Source of the DNA: Bacteroidota bacterium
GTDB taxonomy: Bacteria > Bacteroidota > Bacteroidia > Bacteroidales > FEN-979
Direction of reading: 5' to 3'
Length of the DNA: 64,000 nt
NCBI GenBank assembly: GCA_016868575.1
Contig: VGGL01000004.1
Location: 3,062 to 67,061, forward strand
Notes under the pieces: model-generated
The model's database searches: none
What the model saw: the letters and a program-made list of their open reading frames with translations, nothing else
What the model was told of the DNA's origin: nothing
Program-made: the position numbers and the translations under genes
Shown here: positions 11,101-19,236 of the stretch, piece by piece
Layout: every line of letters begins with the position of its first letter
Position numbering within the stretch: the stretch's first letter is position 1

Positions 11101-11721
11101 GTCGCGGAATGCCTGCAAAGCTTTGTGGTCGATCAGGCCGGACAGGTCGTCATTGTTCCAGTACTCTACTTTTTGAATTTCATGGGATGACCTGAATCCG
11201 TCGAAGAAGTGGAGAAACGGGATCCTGGATTTGATGGCAGCCAGGTGGGCTATGCCGGCCAGGTCCATGATCTCCTGGATGCTGCCGCTGGCGAGCATGG
11301 CAAAACCGGTTTGACGGGTGGCATATACGTCAGAGTGATCCCCAAAGATAGAAAGGGCATGAGCAGCTACTGATCGCGCGCTGACATGAAACACCGCGGG
11401 AAGTAATTCCCCGGCGATCTTATACATGTTCGGGATCATCAGGAGCAAACCCTGTGAAGCGGTAAAAGTAGTAGTCAGCGCACCTGATTGTAATGCTCCG
11501 TGCACAGATCCTGCCGCACCGGCTTCAGACTGCATTTCGACGACCTTGACTTCTTCTCCAAAAATGTTTTTCCTGCCCATGGCAGCCCATTCATCTACAT
11601 TCTCAGCCATGTTGGAGGAAGGGGTGATGGGATAGATAGCTGCAACTTCGCTGAACATATAGGCTATATGGGAAGCTGCCTCGTTGCCATCACAGGTGAT
11701 GAATTTTTTCTTTTTTTCCAT
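8170..11721 (-). CDS. nifJ: Pyruvate:ferredoxin (flavodoxin) oxidoreductase
   Basis: About 1183 aa from MEKKKKFITCDGNEAASHIAYMFSEVAAIYPITPSS. Two ferredoxin motifs are present (CIQCNQCAFVCPHAAIRP and CTGCGNCVDVCP). The TPP-binding region reads GGDGWAYDIGFGGLDHV. The track start at 11781 adds 20 hydrophobic residues and is unlikely. Confidence 0.95.
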   Translation of the reverse strand: MEKKKKFITCDGNEAASHIAYMFSEVAAIYPITPSSNMAENVDEWAAMGRKNIFGEEVKVVEMQSEAGAAGSVHGALQSGALTTTFTASQGLLLMIPNMYKIAGELLPAVFHVSARSVAAHALSIFGDHSDVYATRQTGFAMLASGSIQEIMDLAGIAHLAAIKSRIPFLHFFDGFRSSHEIQKVEYWNNDDLSGLIDHKALQAFRDQALNPEHPVMKGTAQNPDIFFQAKESINRFYEPVADIVENYMDEIFKLSGRRYHPFVYDGHPEAENVIIAMGSATETIREVVDYLVKKGEKVGLVAVHLFRPFSEKYFFNVLPSTAKRLCVLDRAKEPGANGEPLYLEVRDLFYEKENRPMIIGGRYGLSSKDTVPSQILAVFENLMSSQPKNRFTIGITDDVTFTSLPILPDVDMQPEGSYSGKFYGLGSDGTVGANKNSIKIIGDSTDKYVQAYFSYDSKKSGGITVSHLRFGDQPIRSTYLVNTPDFVACHVPSYLDKYDMLKGLKNGGTFLLNSIWDAEESKNRFPDHMKHYLAANNIRFFIINATKIAEEIGLGNRTNSIMQSAFFKVSNVIPYEQAITQMKDAVKKTYGKKGEEIVKMNMLAIDRGGEPEQVEVPSEWVKLDGTIPPKKSNIQDPALNKFVNDIFIPIYQLKGDDIPVSAFVGREDGSFPAGTTTLEKRGIAVNVPQWLPEHCIQCNQCAFVCPHAAIRPFLLDEKEKAAAPKGIQTIKAAGKELAGLEFKIQVSVFDCTGCGNCVDVCPSKTKSLVLQKLETQLHETINWDYLVNHATHKEAVAPRDKTFKNSQFAKPLFEFSGACAGCGETPYIKVITQLFGERMMVANATGCSSIYGGTAPSSPYCPEVNGKGPAWANSLFEDNAEYGFGMAVGVRKLRERIARMMAESRKKNNLSADTYQVFQEWTQGMNDAGKSVAATEKLLPLLLKENDQIVKDILDLKQYLIKKSIWIVGGDGWAYDIGFGGLDHVLAMNEDVNMLVLDTEVYSNTGGQSSKSTPFGSVAKFAASGKKTSKKDLGAMAITYGYVYVAQVAMGASYSQFFKTIKEAEAYPGPSLIIAYSPCINHGIRAGMEKSQEESDRAVKSGYFHLYRYNPLLAHEGKNPFILDSKEPEWSEFRKFLESEVRYMALKKTFPSEAERLFKAAEENARWKYNSYKQMSELNYSI

Positions 11722-11769
11722 GTTGTATAATATCAGGATAAATACTGTTGTTAACGAAATAACAGGCGG

Positions 11770-11777
11770 CAAAGGTA
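11770..11777 (-). promoter_or_regulatory. Bacteroidota -7 box (TAnnTTTG) for nifJ
   Basis: The minus strand reads TACCTTTG, about 49 nt upstream of the nifJ ATG. Confidence 0.45.
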
Positions 11778-11823
11778 ACAATTCTTTCGGTGAGAATTTC
11801 TAATTTTACCCATTATTTGCAAG

Positions 11824-14271
11824 ATGATCTACCCCCATAATTTCGAGGAAAAAGCAGGCTTTGACCTGATCCGTCAACGGATCGGAGATTACTGCCAGGG
11901 TCCGCTTGGAAGGGCGTACATCGGCAAGATTGAATTCCGGGTCATTCTTAAGGATATCCTGCCTGAATTGAATAAAACCGATGAACTCAAACGGATGATG
12001 GAGGCCGGAGAGCATCCCCCCATGCAGGATATGTATGACCTGGTTCCGGAAATCGAGCGTATCCGGATTCCCGGATCGGTCATTACCCTCGAGGTACTCC
12101 CGGAACTAAAGCTTTCACTCGAAACCATCGCCGGGATCATCCGGTTTCTAAGGGCAAAAGGCCAAAGCGACTATCCACACCTGTTTAGCCTCACCCTCTT
12201 CTCAAATCTTGATCTCACCCATCTAACACATGAGATAGGGAAGATCATTGATGCCAAAGGAAATATCCGGGATGATGCTTCACCCCAGTTATTGAAGATC
12301 CGAAAAAGCCTTCATCAAAAAAGGGGATTGATTGAAAAGAAGACCCGACAGATTCTCCAACTGGCTCGTGATGCCGGATGGACTGCAGGAGATGCGGAAC
12401 TCACGCTCCGGGAGGGGCGGTTCGTCGTGCCTGTCCTTCATTCGCATAAAAGGAAAATTACTGGATTTATCGTTGATGAGTCGGCAACCGGGCAAACCTG
12501 TTATATTGAACCTGCGGAAACTGTTGAGGTCAGCAATGAAGTCCGTTCACTTGAGTTGAATGAACGCAGGGAGATACACAGGATCCTGGTGGCCTTGACT
12601 GAAGTTATCAGGGAATCGGCAGAGGAACTGATCCAACACTACGCCTTTCTCGGGGAAATCGACTTTCTGCATGCGAAAGCAAGGCTGGCGCTGGAATTGG
12701 GAGCAGTGATGCCGGTGATCCAGGATGAGCCTCTCATCCAATGGGTTGGCGCCATCCATCCCTTGCTTTTCCTTTCACACCGGAAAGCCCGGAAACCTGT
12801 TGTCCCCCTTGATCTGACGCTGGATAAACATACCCGTATCCTGGTTATTTCAGGTCCCAACGCAGGGGGCAAATCGGTGTGCCTGAAAACCGTTGGTCTT
12901 CTGCAATATATGCTGCAATGCGGCCTGTTGGTACCCGTTCAGCCTCATTCCGGTTTTGGGATTTTCCATCAGCTATTCATTGATATCGGTGATGAGCAAT
13001 CGCTTGAGAATGATCTGAGTACGTATAGTTCACACTTGCTCAATATCAAATATTTAATTGAGCACGCGAATCAGCATACCTTATTTCTAATTGATGAATT
13101 TGGTTCGGGAACAGAACCCAACCTCGGAGGAGCCATTGCAGAAGCTACCCTTGAAGCCATCAACTCAAAAGGATCAAAGGGCATCGTAACAACCCACTAT
13201 GCGAATCTGAAAATGTTGCAGGGAAAAATCGAAGGCATCGTGAACGGAGCCATGCTCTTCGACAACCGGAAAATGAAGCCCCTCTACAAAATGAAAACAG
13301 GAAAACCCGGTCATTCATTTGCCTTTGAGATTGCGCAACAAATCGGATTTCCAGCGGATATTCTTCAGGTAGCACACCAGAAGGGAGGCGCATCATACCT
13401 TGATTTTGACCGTCAATTGCAAGACCTGGAAACGGAGAAAGAGTCAATCCAAAAAAGAGGGGTTGAACTTGAAGTGGCGGATAACCTGCTATTTGAAGTG
13501 ATCAGAAAATATGAGAAGTTGGTGGAAGAGATGGAATCTTCAAAGGGACAAATCATTGAAGAGGCCAAACAGCATGCCACTGAACTCATCGCCCTGGCCA
13601 ATCGTCAGATCGAAAAGACCATTAAAGAGATCAGAGAAAGTCAGGCTGACAAGGATCAGACAAAGGAATTGCGTAAACAGCTGGAAATCACTAAGAAAGA
13701 GATTTCAATCAACGCCCCAAAAAAGGCGGTACTTCCTAAAACCAGGAAGGTTTCTGTTATATCGACAAAGACCACTCCGCCTTCTGAGATTGTTTCAGTA
13801 CCCATTGAAACAGGCAGTTTTGTGGTTATGAAAGGACAGCGGGCGATCGGGAAAGTCATTGGGACAAAGGGAGATACCATCCAGGTGATGTTTGGCAGCA
13901 TGAAGCTGAAAACGACCAGAGACAAACTGGAAAGCGTTCATCCGGGGGAAACCGAAATACTATCAGGGATCTCTTCCGGTGAACGGCACCAGGGCATCAT
14001 TCAGGAATTGAACCGCCGGATGGCCGATTTTCACCTGACGCTTGATATTCGCGGTAGACGAGGCGAGGAGGCTGTTGCTATCGTACAAAAATACCTGGAT
14101 GATGCCATTCTTCTCCGGATCCATGAGGTGAGGATTCTACATGGAAAAGGAGACGGTATCCTGCGCCGGTTGGTCCGTGAGTATGTGGGCGGGTTGAAAG
14201 AGGTCAGAGAATACCGTGACGAGTATATTGAACAGGGCGGTCATGGGATAACTGTGGTTACCTTCAAGTGA
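11824..14271 (+). CDS. mutS2: Endonuclease MutS2 (MutS-family ATPase with Smr domain)
   Basis: 815 aa. Walker A GPNAGGKS, Walker B LIDEFGSGTEP, and a C-terminal Smr domain LDIRGRRGEEAV...ILHGKGDGILR. Confidence 0.9.
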   Translation: MIYPHNFEEKAGFDLIRQRIGDYCQGPLGRAYIGKIEFRVILKDILPELNKTDELKRMMEAGEHPPMQDMYDLVPEIERIRIPGSVITLEVLPELKLSLETIAGIIRFLRAKGQSDYPHLFSLTLFSNLDLTHLTHEIGKIIDAKGNIRDDASPQLLKIRKSLHQKRGLIEKKTRQILQLARDAGWTAGDAELTLREGRFVVPVLHSHKRKITGFIVDESATGQTCYIEPAETVEVSNEVRSLELNERREIHRILVALTEVIRESAEELIQHYAFLGEIDFLHAKARLALELGAVMPVIQDEPLIQWVGAIHPLLFLSHRKARKPVVPLDLTLDKHTRILVISGPNAGGKSVCLKTVGLLQYMLQCGLLVPVQPHSGFGIFHQLFIDIGDEQSLENDLSTYSSHLLNIKYLIEHANQHTLFLIDEFGSGTEPNLGGAIAEATLEAINSKGSKGIVTTHYANLKMLQGKIEGIVNGAMLFDNRKMKPLYKMKTGKPGHSFAFEIAQQIGFPADILQVAHQKGGASYLDFDRQLQDLETEKESIQKRGVELEVADNLLFEVIRKYEKLVEEMESSKGQIIEEAKQHATELIALANRQIEKTIKEIRESQADKDQTKELRKQLEITKKEISINAPKKAVLPKTRKVSVISTKTTPPSEIVSVPIETGSFVVMKGQRAIGKVIGTKGDTIQVMFGSMKLKTTRDKLESVHPGETEILSGISSGERHQGIIQELNRRMADFHLTLDIRGRRGEEAVAIVQKYLDDAILLRIHEVRILHGKGDGILRRLVREYVGGLKEVREYRDEYIEQGGHGITVVTFK

Positions 14272-14363
14272 CTTCTTTTATTGATTATCAGTCTTTTAAA
14301 AACCATTTTTCAAGATTGCCGGAAGATAATGCGTACATCCGGCATAAGTTTACAGGATAATAT

Positions 14364-14371
14364 TACCTTTG
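14364..14371 (+). promoter_or_regulatory. Bacteroidota -7 box (TAnnTTTG)
   Basis: TACCTTTG, 57 nt upstream of the ATG at 14428. Confidence 0.4.
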
Positions 14372-14427
14372 CATTAAATGGAGCTATTTTTCGAAGAAAA
14401 CGTGACCATTTTTAATCGAGAAAATAT

Positions 14428-15975
14428 ATGAGTTTACGACAGAAAACCAGGGACTTAAAGATGCGGATGCAGGATGCTCTGGGAGGAGGGGGAGAGCAAG
14501 CTGTTGAAAAGCAGAAGACATCCGGTAAGATGACCGCCCGGGAGCGAATCGTTTCGATTCTTGATGAGAACTCCTTCCATGAGTATGATCTTTTCGTGGA
14601 GCATGCAGGGAAAGACTTCGATATGGATAAAAAATACCTTCCAGGAGACGGGGTGGTAACAGGTACAGGCACCATTAATGGCTGGCCTGTTTGTATTTTT
14701 GCGCAGGACTTCACCGTTGCAGGAGGATCGTTGGGGTATATGCATGCCAAGAAGATCTGTAAGATCATGGATCATGCCATGAAGCTGAAAGTACCTCTGA
14801 TCGGGATCAACGACAGCGGAGGTGCGAGAATTCAGGAGGGGGTTAACTCCCTGGCCGGGTATGGCGAAATATTTTACCGGAATACCATTGCCTCCGGAGT
14901 AATTCCTCAGATATCTGTGATCCTCGGTCCTTGTGCCGGTGGCGCTGTTTACTCTCCGGCCCTGACCGATTTTGTTTTTGTTGTTGAAAATATCTCCAAG
15001 ATGTTCATCACCGGACCAGAAGTTATCAAGGCGGTGTTGGGCGAAGAGATCTCAATGGAAGACCTGGGGGGGGCGAAAGTGCATGCGTCAATTTCAGGAA
15101 ATGCCCACTTTTTCTCAAAAAGCGAGAAAGAGTGTTTTGAACAGATCAAACAACTGGTCAGCTATATTCCCTGGAACAATGAAAAGAAGGCGGAACCTTT
15201 TCTTCCAAAAGCTCCAAGGACCAGACAGTACAAGATTGATCAGATCTTTCCATCCAACCCGCTCGAACCCTACGATGTCCGGAATATTATCAAAGCCATC
15301 GTAGATGATTCGGAATTCTTCGAGATACAGAACATGTATGCCGAAAACATTGTGATTGGTTTTGCGCGTATCAATGGAGATTCCGTTGGTTTTGTGGCGA
15401 ATCAGCCGATGGTGCTTGCCGGTGTACTGGATGTTGACTCCTCAGATAAAGCTGCCCGTTTTATTCGCTACTGTGATGCCTTTAATATTCCGCTGGTGTC
15501 GCTGGTTGATCTTCCCGGGTATCTGCCTGGCATTGATCAGGAGCATATGGGTGTGATCCGGCATGGAGCGAAGGTGTTGTATGCCTATTCTGAAGCAACG
15601 GTTCCCAAGATCACTGTGATCCTGAGAAAAGCTTATGGCGGGGGATATATCGCCATGTGTTCCAATCACCTGCGGGCCGATTTTGTCTTTGCCTGGCCAA
15701 CCGCCGAAATTGCCGTCATGGGTCCGGAAGGTGCCGCCAATATCATCTTCCGCAACGAAATCAAATCTGCCGAAAACCCAGAAGAAATGCGGAAAAAGAA
15801 GATCAGCGAGTATAAGAAAAAATTTGCCAATCCTTATGTTGCGGCTGCATATGGGTATGTTGATGCGGTGATAGAGCCTGCTGAAACCAGGAACTTCGTC
15901 ATGCACGCAATGAAGATTGCTGCCAATAAACGTGATTCCAGACCCAATAAAAAGCACGGGATACCTCCATTCTAA
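14428..15975 (+). CDS. Acyl-CoA carboxylase carboxyltransferase subunit (PccB / methylmalonyl-CoA decarboxylase alpha / transcarboxylase 12S family)
   Basis: 515 aa. Strings FAQDFTVAGGSLGYMHAKKI, INDSGGARIQEG and ITVILRKAYGGGYIAM are typical of this family. Confidence 0.9.
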   Translation: MSLRQKTRDLKMRMQDALGGGGEQAVEKQKTSGKMTARERIVSILDENSFHEYDLFVEHAGKDFDMDKKYLPGDGVVTGTGTINGWPVCIFAQDFTVAGGSLGYMHAKKICKIMDHAMKLKVPLIGINDSGGARIQEGVNSLAGYGEIFYRNTIASGVIPQISVILGPCAGGAVYSPALTDFVFVVENISKMFITGPEVIKAVLGEEISMEDLGGAKVHASISGNAHFFSKSEKECFEQIKQLVSYIPWNNEKKAEPFLPKAPRTRQYKIDQIFPSNPLEPYDVRNIIKAIVDDSEFFEIQNMYAENIVIGFARINGDSVGFVANQPMVLAGVLDVDSSDKAARFIRYCDAFNIPLVSLVDLPGYLPGIDQEHMGVIRHGAKVLYAYSEATVPKITVILRKAYGGGYIAMCSNHLRADFVFAWPTAEIAVMGPEGAANIIFRNEIKSAENPEEMRKKKISEYKKKFANPYVAAAYGYVDAVIEPAETRNFVMHAMKIAANKRDSRPNKKHGIPPF

Positions 15976-15995
15976 AAGCCAAGCATTTACACATC

Positions 15996-16328
15996 ATGGC
16001 AGAAGAAAAAAAAATACCCGAACCGGCATATGAAATCTTTGAGTTGGATGACTCAAAGTTCCAGACAACTTTCAATACCAAGTTCCGGAACAGAAAACCT
16101 TATAAACCTGATGACCCAAGGCTGATAACAGGCTTCATTCCCGGTACGATCATCCGGATTTTCGTGAAGGAAAAGGACAAAGTTAAGGCGGGTGATACCT
16201 TGCTGGTGTTGCAGGCTATGAAGATGAATAACCGGATCCTTTCACCCATTAACGGGGTTATCAAAAAGATTCATGTGGAGGAAGGGAGCAACATCGCCAA
16301 ACGCCAGCTACTGATAGAATTAAAATAG
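15996..16328 (+). CDS. Small biotin carrier (biotin/lipoyl attachment domain) protein
   Basis: 110 aa. Biotinyl-lysine motif LQAMKMNN in a C-terminal roughly 70-aa barrel-sandwich hybrid-like domain. Confidence 0.8.
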   Translation: MAEEKKIPEPAYEIFELDDSKFQTTFNTKFRNRKPYKPDDPRLITGFIPGTIIRIFVKEKDKVKAGDTLLVLQAMKMNNRILSPINGVIKKIHVEEGSNIAKRQLLIELK

Positions 16329-16337
16329 ACTGCCGTT

Positions 16338-16943
16338 TCAATCTCTTAAATCCTGGTTGTTGAGTTGATCAATATAATCCAGGATTTCTTCTTTCCCTAT
16401 ATGAGAAACTGCTGATGTAAGAAAGCATGTAGGGATTTCTTCCCATTCAGGTTCAAGGTGTTTCCGGTATACTTCCAGATTTTTAGAGAGCTGTCCCCGG
16501 CTGAGTTTATCGCATTTGGTATAGGCGATCACAAACGGGATTTGGTTCGTGGCCATCCATTCCATCATGAACAGATCCTGTTTCTGGGGTTCAAGACGAA
16601 CATCAACCAGGAGAAAAACGCAAACCAGGTTCTTGCTGGAGAGCAAGTAATGATTGATCATCCCGGTGAGTTGTTGTCGCTGTTTCTTATCCAGCCGGGC
16701 GTATCCATAGCCCGGTAAATCAACAAGGTACCATTGATCATTGATCAGGAAATAATTGATAAGTTTGGTCTTTCCGGGTGTGGAGGATATTTTCGCCAGG
16801 TCCTTCCGGGTAGTGAGCAGATTGATCAGGGAGGATTTTCCAACATTGGATCGGCCAATAAAAGCATACTCAGGGAAGCCGGTCTCCGGGCATGCTGAAA
16901 TATTCCCAATACTTTTGATAAATGTTGCTGATTGGACGATCAT
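16338..16943 (-). CDS. engB: Ribosome biogenesis GTP-binding protein YihA/EngB
   Basis: 201 aa. G1 GRSNVGKSSLIN, G3 DLPGYGYA and G4 TKCDK. Confidence 0.9.
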   Translation of the reverse strand: MIVQSATFIKSIGNISACPETGFPEYAFIGRSNVGKSSLINLLTTRKDLAKISSTPGKTKLINYFLINDQWYLVDLPGYGYARLDKKQRQQLTGMINHYLLSSKNLVCVFLLVDVRLEPQKQDLFMMEWMATNQIPFVIAYTKCDKLSRGQLSKNLEVYRKHLEPEWEEIPTCFLTSAVSHIGKEEILDYIDQLNNQDLRD

Positions 16944-16956
16944 GTTTTGGCTTCCC

Positions 16957-17937
16957 TTATTCCTTTGAAGGTTTTTTCATTCTGATCCGGATGTTCTTCA
17001 GGGATGCCATTTTCCTGATATAAGTGGCCAGATGGCGCTCCTTTTTGGTATGATAGATATCCTCGATAGTGATCAGGATGCCCGTCTCTTCAACCTCTCC
17101 AAAGCCGTGATTGATGGCCGTTCCGAATGTTCGCATGGTGGATGAAAGATTCATATAGGCATTGACCAGTGGTGGAATGGACTCATTGTACTTCCTGACG
17201 TGTTGCACCAGCAGCTTATAGTTCTCTTCAAATGTGGGAGCAAGAAACAGCTTTTCAAGAAGCATGAGATCAGTTTCCATCTGCAACTCATGAATCGGTG
17301 TCATCAGGATTTCTTTATCTGAAAAGAACTTTTTCAGGAAAAAAAGGACGATATCACGGGCAGTCTTGTTATAATGCGGGTACATGGTCATCTTTCCGAA
17401 GAAATGCCTGACATCCGGATTTTCAATGATGATAGCACCGAGACCATCCCATAGGTTATCCAGAGAATAAAGTCCCTTTTTCAGATTGAACGTCGGTTGA
17501 TATTCCGGCTGAACAAAGGATCTTCCCAATTCAATGGAAATGGGTAAGTAATCCCTGATGAAATGGTCGGAAAAATGAAATAAAGTTGCAGTTGGACTTT
17601 TCAGGCAGCCTTGCAGGTCACAGGGGATTTGCTTGCCATGGATGAAGCGGTATCCGCCGACAATCGCTTTATCTCTTGGATTCCAAACAATGAGCTGGCG
17701 AAAAGGAGGGTCTGAGATGTCAAAACGATCGATGTCCAGTTCTTTCCCTGTTCCTCCGCCGGCATCCCGGAAGGTGATTTCCCGGAGTCGCCCCAGTTCC
17801 CGCATCAGGTTGGGACTGTCATGTGCGGTGAAAATATAGATCTCATTATTACCGTTGTTGGTACCCCTAACCAACTTGCTTTCGGTAAGTTCTTCCATCA
17901 TCTTTTCGACGGGAACAGGAGGGATGATATTTTCCAT
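16957..17937 (-). CDS. GNAT-like N-acyltransferase (OlsB/GlsB-like, formerly called hemolysin-like)
   Basis: 326 aa. The string LREITFRDAGGGTGKELDIDRFD, the size and the pairing with a PlsC-type acyltransferase match the N-acyl amino-acid lipid (glycine lipid) synthase pair known from Bacteroides. Confidence 0.7.
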   Translation of the reverse strand: MENIIPPVPVEKMMEELTESKLVRGTNNGNNEIYIFTAHDSPNLMRELGRLREITFRDAGGGTGKELDIDRFDISDPPFRQLIVWNPRDKAIVGGYRFIHGKQIPCDLQGCLKSPTATLFHFSDHFIRDYLPISIELGRSFVQPEYQPTFNLKKGLYSLDNLWDGLGAIIIENPDVRHFFGKMTMYPHYNKTARDIVLFFLKKFFSDKEILMTPIHELQMETDLMLLEKLFLAPTFEENYKLLVQHVRKYNESIPPLVNAYMNLSSTMRTFGTAINHGFGEVEETGILITIEDIYHTKKERHLATYIRKMASLKNIRIRMKKPSKE

Positions 17938-17939
17938 AA

Positions 17940-18824
17940 TTAGCCCTGTATTAGCGGTTTAGATGGATCAAAAATAGCTTCAGGATCATCTTTCAGGGAG
18001 TAGGTATATCTGCGGATCAATTCTGCCCATTGATCATCTTTTCTGGAGGCATCAAACACCTGGTAAGGGATCGGTTTGCCGAAAGTAATACCGACCGTTT
18101 TATGCCTTTGTTTGAGCATTTCATCAGGCAGGAACAACATTTCCAGGTTTACCTTAAGGCCAATGGCTGTCCGGAAGTTGGCAAGGCGGTAAAAAAAATT
18201 GGAATTCCTGCCATCGATATATGTCGGAACGATGTCACGCTGGAATTTCCTTGACTTTGACAGGAAGGTTTTGATCCAGACCGTATCGTAGATTTTTCCT
18301 TTTTGCTTCCGGGAGACCATTCCTGACGGGAAGTAGAGGATGGTCTTTCCCGAGGCAAAGGTTTCTTCGATGATCCGGATATTCTCCGCATTCGATCCAT
18401 GTTTATTAACAGGAATAAATAGTGGTTTCAATCCGGGAATGTACGTTAACAGGTCATTAACGGGAAAGGTCACATCGGGGCGGATCGCACCGACTGCATG
18501 GAGCAGGGCGAGACCGTCCAGCCCGCCCAGCGGATGATTGGCGGCTACCAGGAATCGTCCTTCCCGTGGAATGTTTTCGATACCGGTAACCTGGTACCTG
18601 AGCCCAAATTCTTTCAGGATTTGATCAACATAAGGTAATCCGGATATGTCTCTGTTGCGGTAGATGAAATCGTTGATGTAATCCTGATGAATGATCCTTG
18701 CCAGAAGGGTGATCAGGAATCGGGGAATGAATTTCAGGATACGTGGGTTTTTCCCGGCGATCACTTTTTCGACATCGATCAGTTTTTGGGTGATGTCTGG
18801 AGACCCATTTTCCACAACCTGCAT
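17940..18824 (-). CDS. Lysophospholipid (PlsC-family) O-acyltransferase, GlsA-like
   Basis: 294 aa. HX4D motif in AANHPLGGLDG, and FPSGMVSR downstream. A 2-nt gap separates it from the N-acyltransferase gene. Confidence 0.75.
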   Translation of the reverse strand: MQVVENGSPDITQKLIDVEKVIAGKNPRILKFIPRFLITLLARIIHQDYINDFIYRNRDISGLPYVDQILKEFGLRYQVTGIENIPREGRFLVAANHPLGGLDGLALLHAVGAIRPDVTFPVNDLLTYIPGLKPLFIPVNKHGSNAENIRIIEETFASGKTILYFPSGMVSRKQKGKIYDTVWIKTFLSKSRKFQRDIVPTYIDGRNSNFFYRLANFRTAIGLKVNLEMLFLPDEMLKQRHKTVGITFGKPIPYQVFDASRKDDQWAELIRRYTYSLKDDPEAIFDPSKPLIQG

Positions 18825-18861
18825 AGATTTGATTGCCTGGAATAAGTCGTAAAGATAAAAT

Positions 18862-18887
18862 AAAAAAGCTGTCGTAGCGACAGCTTT
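18862..18887 (-). terminator. Rho-independent terminator after rpsT
   Basis: The minus strand reads AAAGCTGTCG-CTA-CGACAGCTTT followed by TTTTATTTTATCTTT. Confidence 0.75.
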
Positions 18888-18911
18888 GGTGATATCGTGT
18901 AGAGAATCAGG

Positions 18912-19163
18912 TTAGAGGGAGTTCACCTTCTTCATCATCTTCGACTTCAGGTTGGAAGCCTTGTTCTTGTGGATCCTTTTCGTTTTAGCCAGTTTATCAA
19001 TTTTGGAGATGACCCCAGGGAGTTGTTCCTGAGCGGCCGGTTTTACTTTTAGTGCACGGAAATCCTTGACCACGTTACGTGCGGTCTTAACATGATACTT
19101 ATTCGATTGTTTCCGTGTTTTCGTCTGACGGATCCTCTTTATTGCAGATAAATGGTTTGCCAT
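18912..19163 (-). CDS. rpsT: 30S ribosomal protein S20
   Basis: 83 aa, basic. MANHLSAIKRIRQTKTRK... is the typical S20 N-terminus. Confidence 0.9.
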   Translation of the reverse strand: MANHLSAIKRIRQTKTRKQSNKYHVKTARNVVKDFRALKVKPAAQEQLPGVISKIDKLAKTKRIHKNKASNLKSKMMKKVNSL

Positions 19164-19186
19164 ATGATCAGTGTAATTTGGGAGTG

Positions 19187-19194
19187 CAAAGGTA
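19187..19194 (-). promoter_or_regulatory. Bacteroidota -7 box (TAnnTTTG) for rpsT
   Basis: The minus strand reads TACCTTTG, 24 nt upstream of the rpsT ATG. Confidence 0.5.
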
Positions 19195-19236
19195 GGAATA
19201 TTTTCTATTCTGAAAAAGAATTACGCACAATTTTAT

